A stretch of 64,000 nt of DNA from a virus (IMGVR_UViG_2687453683_000002:1-64000), one strand, 5' to 3'; positions 1-10,399 are shown, counted from the stretch's first letter. Made by a program: numbers and translations. The notes: a model not told the origin generated them from the sequence alone.

Positions 1-1718
1 TTAATTGATCTCTTTCTGAATTTTCGATAGATCCTGATAAATTTTATCACGCACATATTGATTTGATAACATGCTACGGTATAGTTCCCCATTAAATCTA
101 TCAATGACTTTAGTTGCAATTCTTTCTCCAAAAATACTGTTAAGTACATCGGATGCCTGCCCTTTTGTCCATGTGTCATCATAAGCAATAGCATTTTTAT
201 CGAGCTGCGAACGTTGAGCTGGACTCATTGGATGATGTCTCCACCGAGCTTCCTTATAAATAATCTTGGTACTGATTGTCTGCAAAAAGCTTTCAGCAAT
301 ACCTTGTGCGTATTCTAGAGATAAAGCTTCATCATGTAATGGATACAGCCGCTTATTTGTGTGTTCAAATAAAATCCACCAGTGAGTATCGTCTTTAATT
401 AAGTAACAATATTGCTTATTGCCAATGCTAATGTAGTAAGCAATACCGGAGATAGAGTTCCATAAGTAGATTGTCTTTGTGGAGAAAAGATTAATCTCAT
501 GCATTTTCTTACCATGTTCAAAGGCAATTTGATGCAGGCGCTCCTGAAATTCAAGTACGGATTCCCCATCCTCTATCATTTCGTCTTTTAGGATATCTTC
601 ATCGATTTCCTCATCATCCTCTATTTGCCCAGGAGGAAAAAGATCACTTAGTGTCATTAATGAGTATTTCTCTGAAACGCCAACGATGTCAAGAACAAGG
701 CAATCGACTTTATCCGGATATAATCGGGTCCCCCGTCCAATGCACTGGGTATATAAGCTCTCACTTTTAGTGGGTCTCGCCATCATAATACAACTTACAC
801 TCGGTTCATCAAAGCCTTCCGTTAGGATCATACAATTCACCATGACTTGTAGAATGCCTTGAGAAAAATCAGCGAGCAATTGATCGCGAGTCTCTTCAGG
901 CAATGAACCATCTATCCCGGCAGCCTTCACACCATGAGAAGATAAGCGATCGGTAATTTCATAGGTTTGTTTCACATTTACAGCAAAGATAATCGTTTTT
1001 CTTTCTTCACCATGTTCTAAATACGCCTGGACTATTGTATCGATAACACTTTCTTGGCCCATTTGCTCACCCAGTTGTTTTTCGTTAAAATCACCAGCAA
1101 GTGTTTGAACGGAATCCAGATTTAGTTCATCTGCAACAATCTTTTTCCCCCTAATATCACAGAGATACTTGGATAGGATGAGATCCAAGATCGTTTTTTC
1201 ATATACAATCTCCTCATATACCTGGCCTAAGGCTTGCCGATCAAGTCTGTTTGGGGTCGCGGTTATTCCGAGTAATGGTGGACCATCTTCTTCAAAGCAG
1301 CCCAAGGTCTCTAAGACCTTGTATGAACCCTTAGAGACACTATGATGTGCCTCATCATAAATAACAAGCGAAGGTCTAACCATCTGCCTGCCACGGACTA
1401 ACGTTTGAGTAGATGCGACAATGACATCGACTTCTTGCTCGTTGTCGGCGGCTTTAACCCTGCCAACACGTACATCCCTCCAAACCAGGCTCATTTTACT
1501 TGCTGTTTGCTTTAGTAGTTCGTCTCGATGAGCAATGAAAACAATAGGCCGATTTATATCAAAAGTTTCTTTGAATAGTTTTGAGACGGCCGCAGCCACG
1601 ATCGTCTTACCCGCTCCAGTTGGGAGAACAATATAAGTTGTCTCTTTACGCCTGCAGCAAGTTTCTAGAAAACGATACAGGATGCTTCATTCTGGTAGTC
1701 TCTTAAAGATATTGCCAA
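1..1718 (-). pseudogene. Superfamily II DEAD/DEAH-box (ResIII/Irc3-like) helicase, 5' end disrupted
   Basis: ORF 1..1599 has DEAH, TAT and QCIGRGTR motifs. Walker A (VLPTGAGKT) lies just upstream in frame. The Q-motif (LRDYQ, TTG start ~1718) is in another frame and is followed by an in-frame TAG. Confidence 0.8.
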
Positions 1719-1998
1719 TGGCTGTGGCTCCCTTCACCTAGTCTTTATGAGTTTAATTGAATGGATCAGCATCAAATTTTCCATCTTTGGAAATCCCATA
1801 AAGAACTCTAAGATCCTCAAACTCAGTAGAAAAATCGGGGTCTCCTTCACGTACTCTCTTGGTATATTTGTCATCTTCATAATAGAAGCCATTCCTGTAA
1901 TGAAGTAATTTGAGCTGAATGAAAAATGCGCCTCTAGTATACTGGGAATCGTTGTTCCGGACAAGAACAATACCCACATACGAAAAGAGGCGCACATC

Positions 1999-3297
1999 AT
2001 GAAGTATAAGATGAAACTGAAACAGAATCAACGGATTACGCGAATTACGAAAGAAACGCTAGTCATTGGAGCAGACATTGCCAAAAAGATTCACGTAGCT
2101 AGAGCGGTAGATTTCCGTGGCATTGAATTAGGAAAAGACTGCGTGTTCCACAACGATCAGGAAGGGTTAACGAAGCTAGTAACATGGATGAAAGAACTTC
2201 AGGAGGTTCATCTGAAAACGGACATTGTTTTCGGAATCGAGCCTACCGGACACTACTGGTTTCCGCTAGCTTCTTTTCTGGAAGCTCGAGATATAAAGGT
2301 CGTTATTGTGAACCCGCATCACGTAAACAAGAGCAAGGAACTTGAGGATAACTCGCCGACGAAGAGTGACTATAAGGATGCCAAAGTCATTACAGATCTC
2401 ATTCGAAACGGGAAGTATTCAGAGCCCAAATTGCCGGCGATGGAATATGCCGAATTACGCATCCTCATGAATTTCCGTGAGAAGGTTATGGTGAGTTTAA
2501 ACCAAGTCAAGGCCCGTGTGCATAACTGGTTCGATCGCTATTTTCCAGAGTATTTGAGCGTGTTTAAAGATTGGGAAGGCAAAGCTTCGCTAATGACAAT
2601 GCGCCAGTTTCCGACACCGGAAGAGATCGTCTCTATAGGCGCCAGAGGCGTTCTCGCACACTGGAAAACGGAAGTGAAGCGAGGAGTCGGTATCAAGAGA
2701 GCGGAAAAGCTCTTTGCGACAGCCGGGACATCCATCGGGCTTACCGAAGGGTTACGAGCTGCGAGACTGGAGCTTCTGAGCTTGCTCGAGCAGTTTGAGC
2801 TTTTCTCTAAACAGGTGGAAATGACCATGAATCAGGTCATGGACATCTTGAATGAGATCCCGGGAACAACGCAGATGTTGAATATACCAGGCGTTGGCGC
2901 GGTTACCGTTGCAGGATTTCTGGCTGAGGTTGGCGATCTGAGTCATTATGACCACGGACAACAAATCATTCGGCTGGCGGGCTTGAATTTAAAAGAAAAT
3001 AGTTCCGGTAAACGCAAGGGTAAAACCGGCATCACCAAGCGTGGACGCTCGCGATTAAGAGCCTTGTTGTTCCGTTGCGTCATGCCAATGGTAGCGAAGA
3101 ATGAGGAATTTAAGGCCCTTCATAAGTATTTCACAACACGAAGTCAAAATCCGCTAAAGAAAAAACAGTCGCTTATCGCGCTCTGCGGAAAACTGATACG
3201 CGTCCTGCACACGCTGGGGACGAAGGAAATAGAGTACAACGCAAACGACGTTCTTGGTCCTGTACGACAAGCGCAGTTACAACGGAATGCAGCGTAG
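1999..3297 (+). CDS. IS110-family DEDD recombinase/transposase
   Basis: GADIAK, GIEPTGHYW and KSDYKDA RuvC-like DEDD motifs; C-terminal IPGVG...SSG...KRGRSRLR; RBS AAGAGG. Confidence 0.95.
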   Translation: MKYKMKLKQNQRITRITKETLVIGADIAKKIHVARAVDFRGIELGKDCVFHNDQEGLTKLVTWMKELQEVHLKTDIVFGIEPTGHYWFPLASFLEARDIKVVIVNPHHVNKSKELEDNSPTKSDYKDAKVITDLIRNGKYSEPKLPAMEYAELRILMNFREKVMVSLNQVKARVHNWFDRYFPEYLSVFKDWEGKASLMTMRQFPTPEEIVSIGARGVLAHWKTEVKRGVGIKRAEKLFATAGTSIGLTEGLRAARLELLSLLEQFELFSKQVEMTMNQVMDILNEIPGTTQMLNIPGVGAVTVAGFLAEVGDLSHYDHGQQIIRLAGLNLKENSSGKRKGKTGITKRGRSRLRALLFRCVMPMVAKNEEFKALHKYFTTRSQNPLKKKQSLIALCGKLIRVLHTLGTKEIEYNANDVLGPVRQAQLQRNAA

Positions 3298-3534
3298 TTC
3301 AAAGAGTCAATAGCCTTGAAAATCTTGACTCGTTCGCAGATGTATAACTTGACAAATGAAGCACCGGAGAAGCCGAAGTTGAATAAACCATAAGGGCAAT
3401 GACCCCGTATAGGAGCGAGAATCGGCCTCCACCCCTAGGCAGGTAGAACGAAGGAATGTAAGGGCAACGACCCAGCGTGACATGGGAGGGTAAACCCCAA
3501 GGGAAGATGTGGAGATCCACTGTGCGATCATACG
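3298..3534 (+). ncRNA. Candidate IS110 bridge/seek RNA
   Basis: Long 3' non-coding end with a duplicated TAAGGGCAA(T/C)GACCC hairpin motif (3391-3405, 3459-3473), each inside an internal-loop stem. Confidence 0.6.
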
Positions 3535-3690
3535 TATTATCCACAGTTTGGAAAATCGAGTCCAAGCCCTGTTCCCGTCACCGGCCTTTTCAGAAAAATA
3601 TGGTTCTAAACCAATCTCCTTCCATTACCCTAAAGGTGTCGAAGTTGTAAATCTAAGAATGAGAGAGAAAACAGCAGCAACCATTACTTT

Positions 3691-4785
3691 TTAGTGGGAG
3701 TGGGAGATTTTATCTACGGTTGCTGCATTCAGATAGTCTGAAATAACGAGTGCCTTTCTTGGGTCAAGACGTCTCACTTCATCCGATGTGACTGCATCTC
3801 GTTCAGCTGATGTTATCGTTTTTTTGTCTGGTATCATAGCAAGAAAAGCTGTAGAAATGGTTTCTATTTTTATAGTTGAGGTTCCACAGAACCAAGAGGC
3901 GTACTCGCAAGACACTTGGGATAGGCCCGAAAGGAATATCTTAGTCTTCAGGTTATTTAAGAGATTGGCAGCCTTGTCTTCTCCGTATTTTTGACTTAGT
4001 TGTTCAATACCTTGGATGCCTAAAGCTAACCCCATGCGTCTGGAACGTGCTGTAGCAGCAACCGTATCACTAATCGGAATGATACCCAAGTTGGCAAACT
4101 CATCTAAAAAGAAAAGGACGGGGAATCCATCTGTAATATCTTGCAGCCGCTGGAGTAGTTGCTGATAGAGTACGGCCATGAGCGGAGCAGCGTAAAGGGA
4201 TTTCGTTTCAGGTACTGAAACAAACAGGACAACGGTTTTTTTATTGTCATTGTTTAATCCAAATCGTAAATGTTTGGGCTGTATATCATTTCGTTGTGCA
4301 AAGTGGACTACCCGGTCACAGTTGCATGTTTGTAGCGATCGTTACCTTAATACTAGCTAAGATTTTATCTGAGCCGGCTGCTTGTTTGAACAGCGCATAT
4401 TCTCGTCTTGCTAATTTGTAATCATTGAATAGTGCCTCTATCTCCTCCATGTCCATAAAGAGGATGATATCCATGGCATCACCAATTCTAGGGCATTCCG
4501 GATTTCTATATTTCACATAGAGGAATGCTGCCACTAATAGCGGTAGCGACATGTTAAGCCAGGTTGAATCTCCACCGCTCTTTCCCTGGATCTCGAATGC
4601 AAGTCCGCCATTCATTAGAATGAGTTGTGTAATCTCTTTAATTTCTGCATAATTCTTGGCCACAGATAACGGGTTGTACCCTGGGAAGTGATTTTCAAAA
4701 GGAGATAAACGGATGGTATCAAATCCACGTTTCCGTAGTTCGGGACCTGTTTTCCATACAGTTCCCTTTGGGATCTGTCACCACC
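3691..4785 (-). pseudogene. virD4: VirD4/TraG-like type IV coupling protein, fragmented and 5'-truncated
   Basis: Fragments with VVTDPKG (~4760-4783), YNPL, FFLDEFANLG and LGIQGIEQL...YG, spread over several frames (ORFs 4316..4663, 3691..4179). Confidence 0.8.
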
Positions 4786-4907
4786 TTATGTACGTTGGTT
4801 TCATATGTTTGTATATCTCAATAAAAACGGGCATTTCTAGGGATAAATACAGTGCTCAGTATGCCCATGCCGAGGGAAATAGCACAGCGGATGGGTATGC
4901 TGCTCAT

Positions 4908-5189
4908 TCAGAAGGATCCGGAGCCTAAGTAAAATTTAATGTATTCTTCTAATTGGTCTAGCCAAACGTCGATTGTCTTCTTTGCTAGAGCACTACTAAA
5001 ACGCCCTAGTTCTCTCTCTCCGTGGCTTACAACCACTGTCGGGACGAACTTTACTTCCGTGTGAATGGAAGGATCATACTCAATCCTAGAGACGCTGACC
5101 TGCTGTCGTTCCTGAGCAATCTTGTCGAGAGTCTTCTGTAAGCGTCGGCAGTGACCGCAGTCGTTGCTGTAATAAAGAGTCAGGTTCAT
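4908..5189 (-). CDS. Thioredoxin/glutaredoxin-like protein
   Basis: CGHC motif and VPTVVV cis-Pro loop. Confidence 0.75.
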   Translation of the reverse strand: MNLTLYYSNDCGHCRRLQKTLDKIAQERQQVSVSRIEYDPSIHTEVKFVPTVVVSHGERELGRFSSALAKKTIDVWLDQLEEYIKFYLGSGSF

Positions 5190-5374
5190 TCGTCACCGTA
5201 ATCATTCGGGAACTTATAGAACTTTCCGATAGTTACTGTCCATTTACCGAAGTACAAGCACACGTAGATATTTCTCTTGCCCATGTGGTCGTTAGTGTTG
5301 AAGTTAGCCCCTAAAAGGAAAGTTTGGTTGTCATATACCTCAATGTTCCAGCCGTGATAGTCTTGTTCTCTCAT
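5186..5374 (-). CDS. Hypothetical phage protein
   Basis: RBS AAAGGGG; stop overlaps the next start. Confidence 0.55.
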   Translation of the reverse strand: MREQDYHGWNIEVYDNQTFLLGANFNTNDHMGKRNIYVCLYFGKWTVTIGKFYKFPNDYGDE

Positions 5375-5434
5375 ATTCGTTCCCCTTTCTATTAGGCGTG
5401 GATTGCTATTTCTACACAGGAAGTAATCACGTGC

Positions 5435-5647
5435 TCAGGCGCATTGCCAGTGAAACGCCCTACCTCTTTGCCTTCTTTTAAAGACCACCGTAGGAACGCT
5501 CATAACACCGATTTTGGAAGCAGCCTCAGCACCAGTAGTAGAATCATCATCAATCCCACGCTCGACAGTAACCTTAGAGAGTATTGGAGCAATTAATTTA
5601 CATGGAACGCACCAAGGTGCATAAAATTTAATGATGTCATTTGACAA
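5435..5647 (-). pseudogene. Thioredoxin, deleted/frameshifted
   Basis: FYAPWCVPC and GVMSVPTVVF motifs; short internal region and out-of-frame C-terminus. Confidence 0.7.
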
Positions 5648-6317
5648 TTCCTCCGATTATGGGTAAATAAATACGCCTCCTTACTTAGTAGTTTGTGAAT
5701 GCTTCAGTGTTGACTTCAAGTGGTTGCAAGCCATCCTCCTTAACGTCCATTCGCATTTTTCGTGTTTGTTGGGGAGTAGACTTCAACCATGTATGTGATA
5801 ATGTCGTTTCCAGCTTCATCAACATCCGGTACGATGTTCTTAATCGTCAGCACTTTCACGATGTATTAGACCATATGATTACTCGTCTTATTTTCCGACG
5901 ATAATCTTGTCACCTGCAGCGTACTTCGCAGATACGATAATGTCTGCCATGTGGTTCTCACCCCCCTTCAGGGATTAGTTCAGACCCTCTTCGGGAGTCA
6001 CCACAGCAGTCTTCAGACCGTCAACCAACTTTACTGCGGTCTCGACTTGGGCAACTTGTCCATGGAAGTCACTGCGGTGAGCTTTGGCTGTTAGAAGCTC
6101 TTGGTGATGAGCAATGAGCAATGATTGCTTCAGCATCTTGAGCAATATTTTCCATAGTCAGTACACCGTCTTGCAGTCGAAATCGAAGACCAAGTAAAGC
6201 ATCCTTCGTGTCACTTAATGCTCAGCCCAAGCCAGTTGTTCAACCAGTTCCCTGTAAGTACGTGCTTGCAGGGTTACCTTTTTACCGAAAATGCCTTTTA
6301 CGATGTTTGCGATTGAT

Positions 6318-7277
6318 TCAAGCACCTTGTTGGCTGGCTTTCTGACGGATATAATAGAGAACCCTTGTCGAGTAGGTGGAGGTGTCGTAACCACAGACAT
6401 CAAGTAGTTCCGTGATATCTTCGATGCAGAGGTTCTCATTACGCTCCTTGGTTTCCTGAGCGAGAATGGATATCTCCCGTTCATACTTGGAAGGAATCTT
6501 GGTTTTCTCTTCTTTTACGTCAGACTTACGGCTCTCGATTTTACTTCTAATTCGAGCCAAGGTACGGTTAATCGTCATCGGGTAAACGTTAAGACGTTCC
6601 GCAATCTGTGTATTGTTGTTGCTTGCGTCCTCCAAGACTAAACACATGACCTTCTTCTCGAAATCCGTGAACATGGGGTCTTCTAGTAATTGCTTTACAT
6701 AGAGACGATTGGTAACCTCTTCTTCAATACTTCTCTCGTCCTTGTTGGCGAACTCGAAGTTTTCCATACCGTCGTAGTGCTCAAGTTCATCACTGAACAT
6801 CGCAATCTCTCGATAGCGTTCGACAGTCACCTTAAGCAGTTCGGACATTTCATCCTCGGCGGGGCGATACCCAAGAGATTCCTCAATCTCGGCCATCCTC
6901 TTAATGAGTTCAACTGCACCACGACTTAACCGGACAGACTGAGAGTCACTATAAAGAAGTTGATTGATTTCCCAGAGGATGGGGCGCACGACAAAGGTCG
7001 TAAACTTAATGCCCCTATCAAAGTCAAAGTCTCTAATAGATGTGAGTATGCCGATACATGCGTGTTGGTACAGTTCGTCCTCGGTGATACGAAACTTTGA
7101 AACAAGTTCCTCGACACTCCCTTTAAAATGCTTGATGATCGAGAAGATAAAGTCTCTATTAGCTTTCAAGAACTCGCCCATGAGTTCTCTATCTTCTTTA
7201 CATGCTTTCAGGAGTTCTATATTGTGCATATCCTTCAGGTTGTCTTGCCTAAGATGTAGGTAGTTGGGACTCAGCAC
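6318..7277 (-). CDS. Phage sigma-70 factor, SigB/SigF/SigG-like
   Basis: Region 2 DELYQHACIGIL...FDFDRGIKFTTF; region 3 LGYRPAEDEMSELL; region 4 NNTQIAERLNVYPMTINR. Confidence 0.9.
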   Translation of the reverse strand: MLSPNYLHLRQDNLKDMHNIELLKACKEDRELMGEFLKANRDFIFSIIKHFKGSVEELVSKFRITEDELYQHACIGILTSIRDFDFDRGIKFTTFVVRPILWEINQLLYSDSQSVRLSRGAVELIKRMAEIEESLGYRPAEDEMSELLKVTVERYREIAMFSDELEHYDGMENFEFANKDERSIEEEVTNRLYVKQLLEDPMFTDFEKKVMCLVLEDASNNNTQIAERLNVYPMTINRTLARIRSKIESRKSDVKEEKTKIPSKYEREISILAQETKERNENLCIEDITELLDVCGYDTSTYSTRVLYYIRQKASQQGA

Positions 7278-7279
7278 TA

Positions 7280-7567
7280 TTACTTCACCTCGAACTTTCT
7301 GTCTTCTTGTGCAGCTTTCAAAAAGTTCACTACCTCACCATATGCAGTAACCACGACACCATCCTCGTTGACTGTAAGAGTTTTTTTGAAATCGCTCCAC
7401 TTCAATTTCAGTCCTTGAGGTTTTGCTAAGCCGTTTCTCTCCATAAATGCTTTGTACACAGTGTCATCCATCGTCTTGATTTTCTTGTGGTTGCCTGTGG
7501 CTTGGGCATCTGTTACCTCAATATCCAATTCGTTATCGGCTATCTCGGGGGTATTAACAACACTCAT
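7280..7567 (-). CDS. Hypothetical protein, possibly a shortened Gam-like nuclease-inhibitor relative
   Basis: C-terminal LKWSDFKKTL...DGVVV..GEVV resembles Gam-like proteins of Firmicutes phages; weak. Confidence 0.4.
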   Translation of the reverse strand: MSVVNTPEIADNELDIEVTDAQATGNHKKIKTMDDTVYKAFMERNGLAKPQGLKLKWSDFKKTLTVNEDGVVVTAYGEVVNFLKAAQEDRKFEVK

Positions 7568-7615
7568 TTATCCCATCTCCTTCCGGTATTAAACCGTGTT
7601 ATTTGCTTCATACTC

Positions 7616-7648
7616 TAGTAGTCGCGCTATGTATGGTATGAGATGCGA
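7616..7648 (-). promoter_or_regulatory. Class A phage promoter (TCGCATC-N17-CGACTACTA)
   Basis: Repeated bipartite motif; upstream of the operon carrying the SigF/G-like sigma gene. Confidence 0.7.
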
Positions 7649-7658
7649 GCAAAAAGAA

Positions 7659-7678
7659 AAGACCCCTTTCGGGGTCTT
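7659..7678. repeat. 20-bp target duplication (terminator hairpin AAGACCCCTTTCGGGGTCTT), left copy
   Basis: Identical to 9072-9091. Confidence 0.9.
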
Positions 7679-9071
7679 CAGGTTGTCGAGAAAATCTCGA
7701 CAGCTATTTTTTATACATTTAATTCAACACGACACCGCGTTAATATTGTATAATATCAGTAAATAAACGTGCGGAAGGGTGTACAAATATGTTGCGTTCG
7801 AATCGAGATTTAAGATGATTTTTCTTGGTTATTTTTATGGTATCCGTTCCGAACGCCAACTCGAACGTGAAATTCAGGCCAACCTCACTTACCGCTGGTT
7901 TTTGGGGTTAGGTCTCACCGACAACGTACCGGACCACTCTACGATTAGCTGGAATCGGCGTACTCGTTTTAAAGACACCGGAATCTTTCAGGAAATCTTT
8001 GACGGGATTGTGCTACAAGCGATTCAGCACCGTATGGTAGGCGGACGTGTCTTAGTTACCGATTCAACTCACGTTAAAGCGAATGCGAATAAGCATAAGT
8101 ACACCAAAGAACAGGTTCTACAAAACATCCGTGATTATGTGAATGAACTTAAGCTGCCGTAGAGGCCGACCGGAATGCACATGGAAAAAAGCGCTAAAAC
8201 CTAGAGAGGACGTGATAGAGGAAAAGGAAATTAAAATGAGCACAACAGATCCTGACAGCGGTTATATGATACGTGATGGGAAGCCGGAAGGATTTTTCTA
8301 CTTAGACCACCGTACTGTGGATCTGAAATACAACATGATTACGGATGTACATGTGACCGCTGGAAATGTCTATGATTCTATACCGTATTTGTCCCGTTTG
8401 GATCGTCAACAACAACGATTTGGTTTTAAAGTAGAAACCGTTTCTCTGGACTCGGGGTACTTGACTTCACCCATATGCAAAGGGCTCCAAAGCCGAAATA
8501 TTTTTGCCGTTATTGCTCACCGAAGATTTCACCCGACCCAAGGTTTATTCCCCAAATGGAAGTTCATATATGATGCACAGCGCAATATTTATGTTTGTCC
8601 GGCAAAGCACGAATTACCGTATAGAACGACCAACCGCGAGGGATACCGACAGTACACCTCTGATCCACAGCATTGCAAGAACTGCCCGTTATTAAACGAA
8701 TGCACACGATCTCCAAACCATCGAAAAGTGGTGACCCGTCATGTCTGGGAGGACAGCAAAGAGTGGGTGCGAGGCAACCGGCTCAGTCGATCCGGGAAGT
8801 ATCTCTACCGAAAACGAAAAGAGACGATTGAGCGAAGCTTCGCGGATGCTAAAGAGCTCCATGGGTTTCGCTATTGCCGTTTGCGCGGACTTCAAAACGT
8901 CAGGGAACAGGCCCTGATGACGGCAGCTGTGCAGAACATGAAGAAGATGGCGATCCACCTGGATCGCCTTGAAAAACGGGGGGAATCTCCCCTATCTCCT
9001 TTTTAAACCGACCACTTAAAATATGAGAAACCCCGTACTTTGAAAAAAGTACAGGGTTTCTCGACAATCTG
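7679..9071 (+). mobile_element. IS1182-family insertion sequence with defective transposase
   Basis: Terminal IR CAGGTTGTCGAGAAA matches the right end 14/15; 20-bp flanking direct repeat. Confidence 0.9.
7779..9006 (+). pseudogene. IS1182-family transposase, N-terminally deleted and frameshifted
   Basis: YGIRSER, PDHSTIS, DSTH, STTDPD, DSGY and IERSFADAKE..G.R motifs over two ORFs (7779..8162, 8143..9006). Confidence 0.9.
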
Positions 9072-9091
9072 AAGACCCCTTTCGGGGTCTT
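9072..9091. repeat. 20-bp target duplication, right copy
   Basis: Identical to 7659-7678. Confidence 0.9.
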
Positions 9092-9100
9092 TCTATTACA

Positions 9101-9436
9101 TCAGCGGATAGGTTTTCTTGCCGACCTTGAGTCGTTTTTTGGCAGACTCAGACGGTTTGATAAGGATTGCTCAATATGGTTCAATGACCATCGGCTCTCC
9201 GGTCTGAGGTTCTTGACATACTTTGCGTCATAGTCCTTGGGTTCGAGATTAAAGGAATTGATAAGATAGATTCTGTTACCTTGAACCAAGTTTTCGAGAA
9301 TAGTATCGAGACCTCTCCGCAAAACACGCTCAACATCATTCGGGTGAATCTCATGAAGTGCTCCGTGCTGGTGGGATTCCTCCTTCAAGACCTCTGTGGT
9401 CTCTCGGATTATATCTTTCAAGTGCTTATTAGCCAT
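9101..9436 (-). pseudogene. HU/IHF-like DNA-binding protein, frameshifted
   Basis: ILENLVQGNRIYLINSFNL followed by the arm KN(P)QTGEPMVIEPY...IKPS in a shifted frame. Confidence 0.65.
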
Positions 9437-9468
9437 AGCGACAACTCCCTTTCCCGTTATGTTACTAC

Positions 9469-9499
9469 CAAAATAGGGAAATCGCTATGGGATAGTAAC
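9469..9499 (-). promoter_or_regulatory. Class B phage promoter, variant (GTTA-N18-CCTATTTTG)
   Basis: Similar to the class B motif; upstream of the HU gene. Confidence 0.45.
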
Positions 9500-9529
9500 A
9501 TATCTTGTTTAGCTACCTTTTGATTGTCA

Positions 9530-10019
9530 TCAGTGCTTTGTTTACTTTTGACAGATATTTAGTGTTGTCACTCCTCGTTTAACGTTGCCCTCGCTCTGAT
9601 TGTACACGCAACGATGCCAAGGTCATTACCGAATCTCTTTTGTGTGTAAGCAAGGTACTTAGCGCCAATCTCGATATTAACTGAAGGATTTTTCAGGCTA
9701 CCCTTAATCTTCATATATCTCTGTGTGGCGGGGAGCACCTGAAGCAACCCTGTGTCGCCGTGAGTACCGACGAGATTAGAATTAAAGGTAGAACTCGTCT
9801 CAACCTGAATTATTGCTAGAATAGTATACGGACTGAACTCGTAGGTCTTGCCGTGTTTTGCAATAAGTACTTCAAACTTGTTAACGTTCGACTTGCACCG
9901 GAAGAATGTTTAATCCCATCAAGTAAGGCGTATACTGCTTGCATGCGCTGTGTACAAGATTTTGATAGGCGGTTACGAACTTACTTGTTGTTCGTCATGT
10001 CTCTTACGTTAGTTGTCAT
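9530..10019 (-). pseudogene. Lytic transglycosylase (SLT) pseudogene
   Basis: ILAIIQVET, GLLQV and NIEIGAKYL motifs on the minus strand, with stops and frameshifts. Confidence 0.7.
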
Positions 10020-10270
10020 TAGACAATGTTCCCTTCAGCTTCAAGAACTTCCAACAGGGTCTCGTAAGAAGGCAGGTTGATTACTGTCTCTTCAATCCAG
10101 TGTTGGAACATATCTAACTTATCTTCAGAGACCAATTTCTCTTCAGTGATGGAACTCAGGAAAATACTTTTCCCGTTCGCTTGGAAGTGTATCTCCTTCA
10201 TGTGCTTCTCAGGAACTTCTTTAAGTAGCAAACCTGCGGCTATTCTGTGGTCAATGTTCATCTGTATCAC
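10019..10270 (-). CDS. Hypothetical phage protein
   Basis: RBS AAGGGAG; class A promoter upstream. Confidence 0.6.
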   Translation of the reverse strand: MIQMNIDHRIAAGLLLKEVPEKHMKEIHFQANGKSIFLSSITEEKLVSEDKLDMFQHWIEETVINLPSYETLLEVLEAEGNIV

Positions 10271-10284
10271 TCTCCCTTTACTCT

Positions 10285-10317
10285 CAGTAGTAGAGTTATG
10301 TAGGGAGAAAGATGCGT
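10285..10317 (-). promoter_or_regulatory. Class A phage promoter (ACGCATC-N17-CTACTACTG)
   Basis: Matches the repeated motif; follows a terminator. Confidence 0.6.
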
Positions 10318-10320
10318 AAG

Positions 10321-10341
10321 AAAAAGAGACCCGAAGGTCTC
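10321..10341 (-). terminator. Intrinsic terminator
   Basis: GAGACC-TTCG-GGTCTC followed by a T-run on the minus strand. Confidence 0.7.
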
Positions 10342-10399
10342 GAATTTCTTACAATTCACCTCAATCATTGGAAGAGGATACTTTGGCGTATTTGCGTAG

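Larger units (their letters stand above)
1977..3534 (+). mobile_element. IS110-family (IS1111-like) insertion sequence
   Basis: Identical 6-bp core CATACG at 1977-1982 and 3529-3534. Short subterminal inverted repeat CGCACA (1991-1996) / TGTGCG (3521-3526). Very short left end and ~237-nt 3' non-coding end. Confidence 0.9.
1753..3640 (-). pseudogene. Hypothetical gene interrupted by IS110
   Basis: Removing the IS at the CATACG core joins ...LDSIFQTVDNTY to VGIVLVRNNDSQY...DPFN* in one frame. The 5' extent is uncertain. Confidence 0.65.

Noticed and set aside
4786-4925. attL/attR site or IS end at the junction
   Set aside because: No matching repeat or inverted repeat was found within the window.
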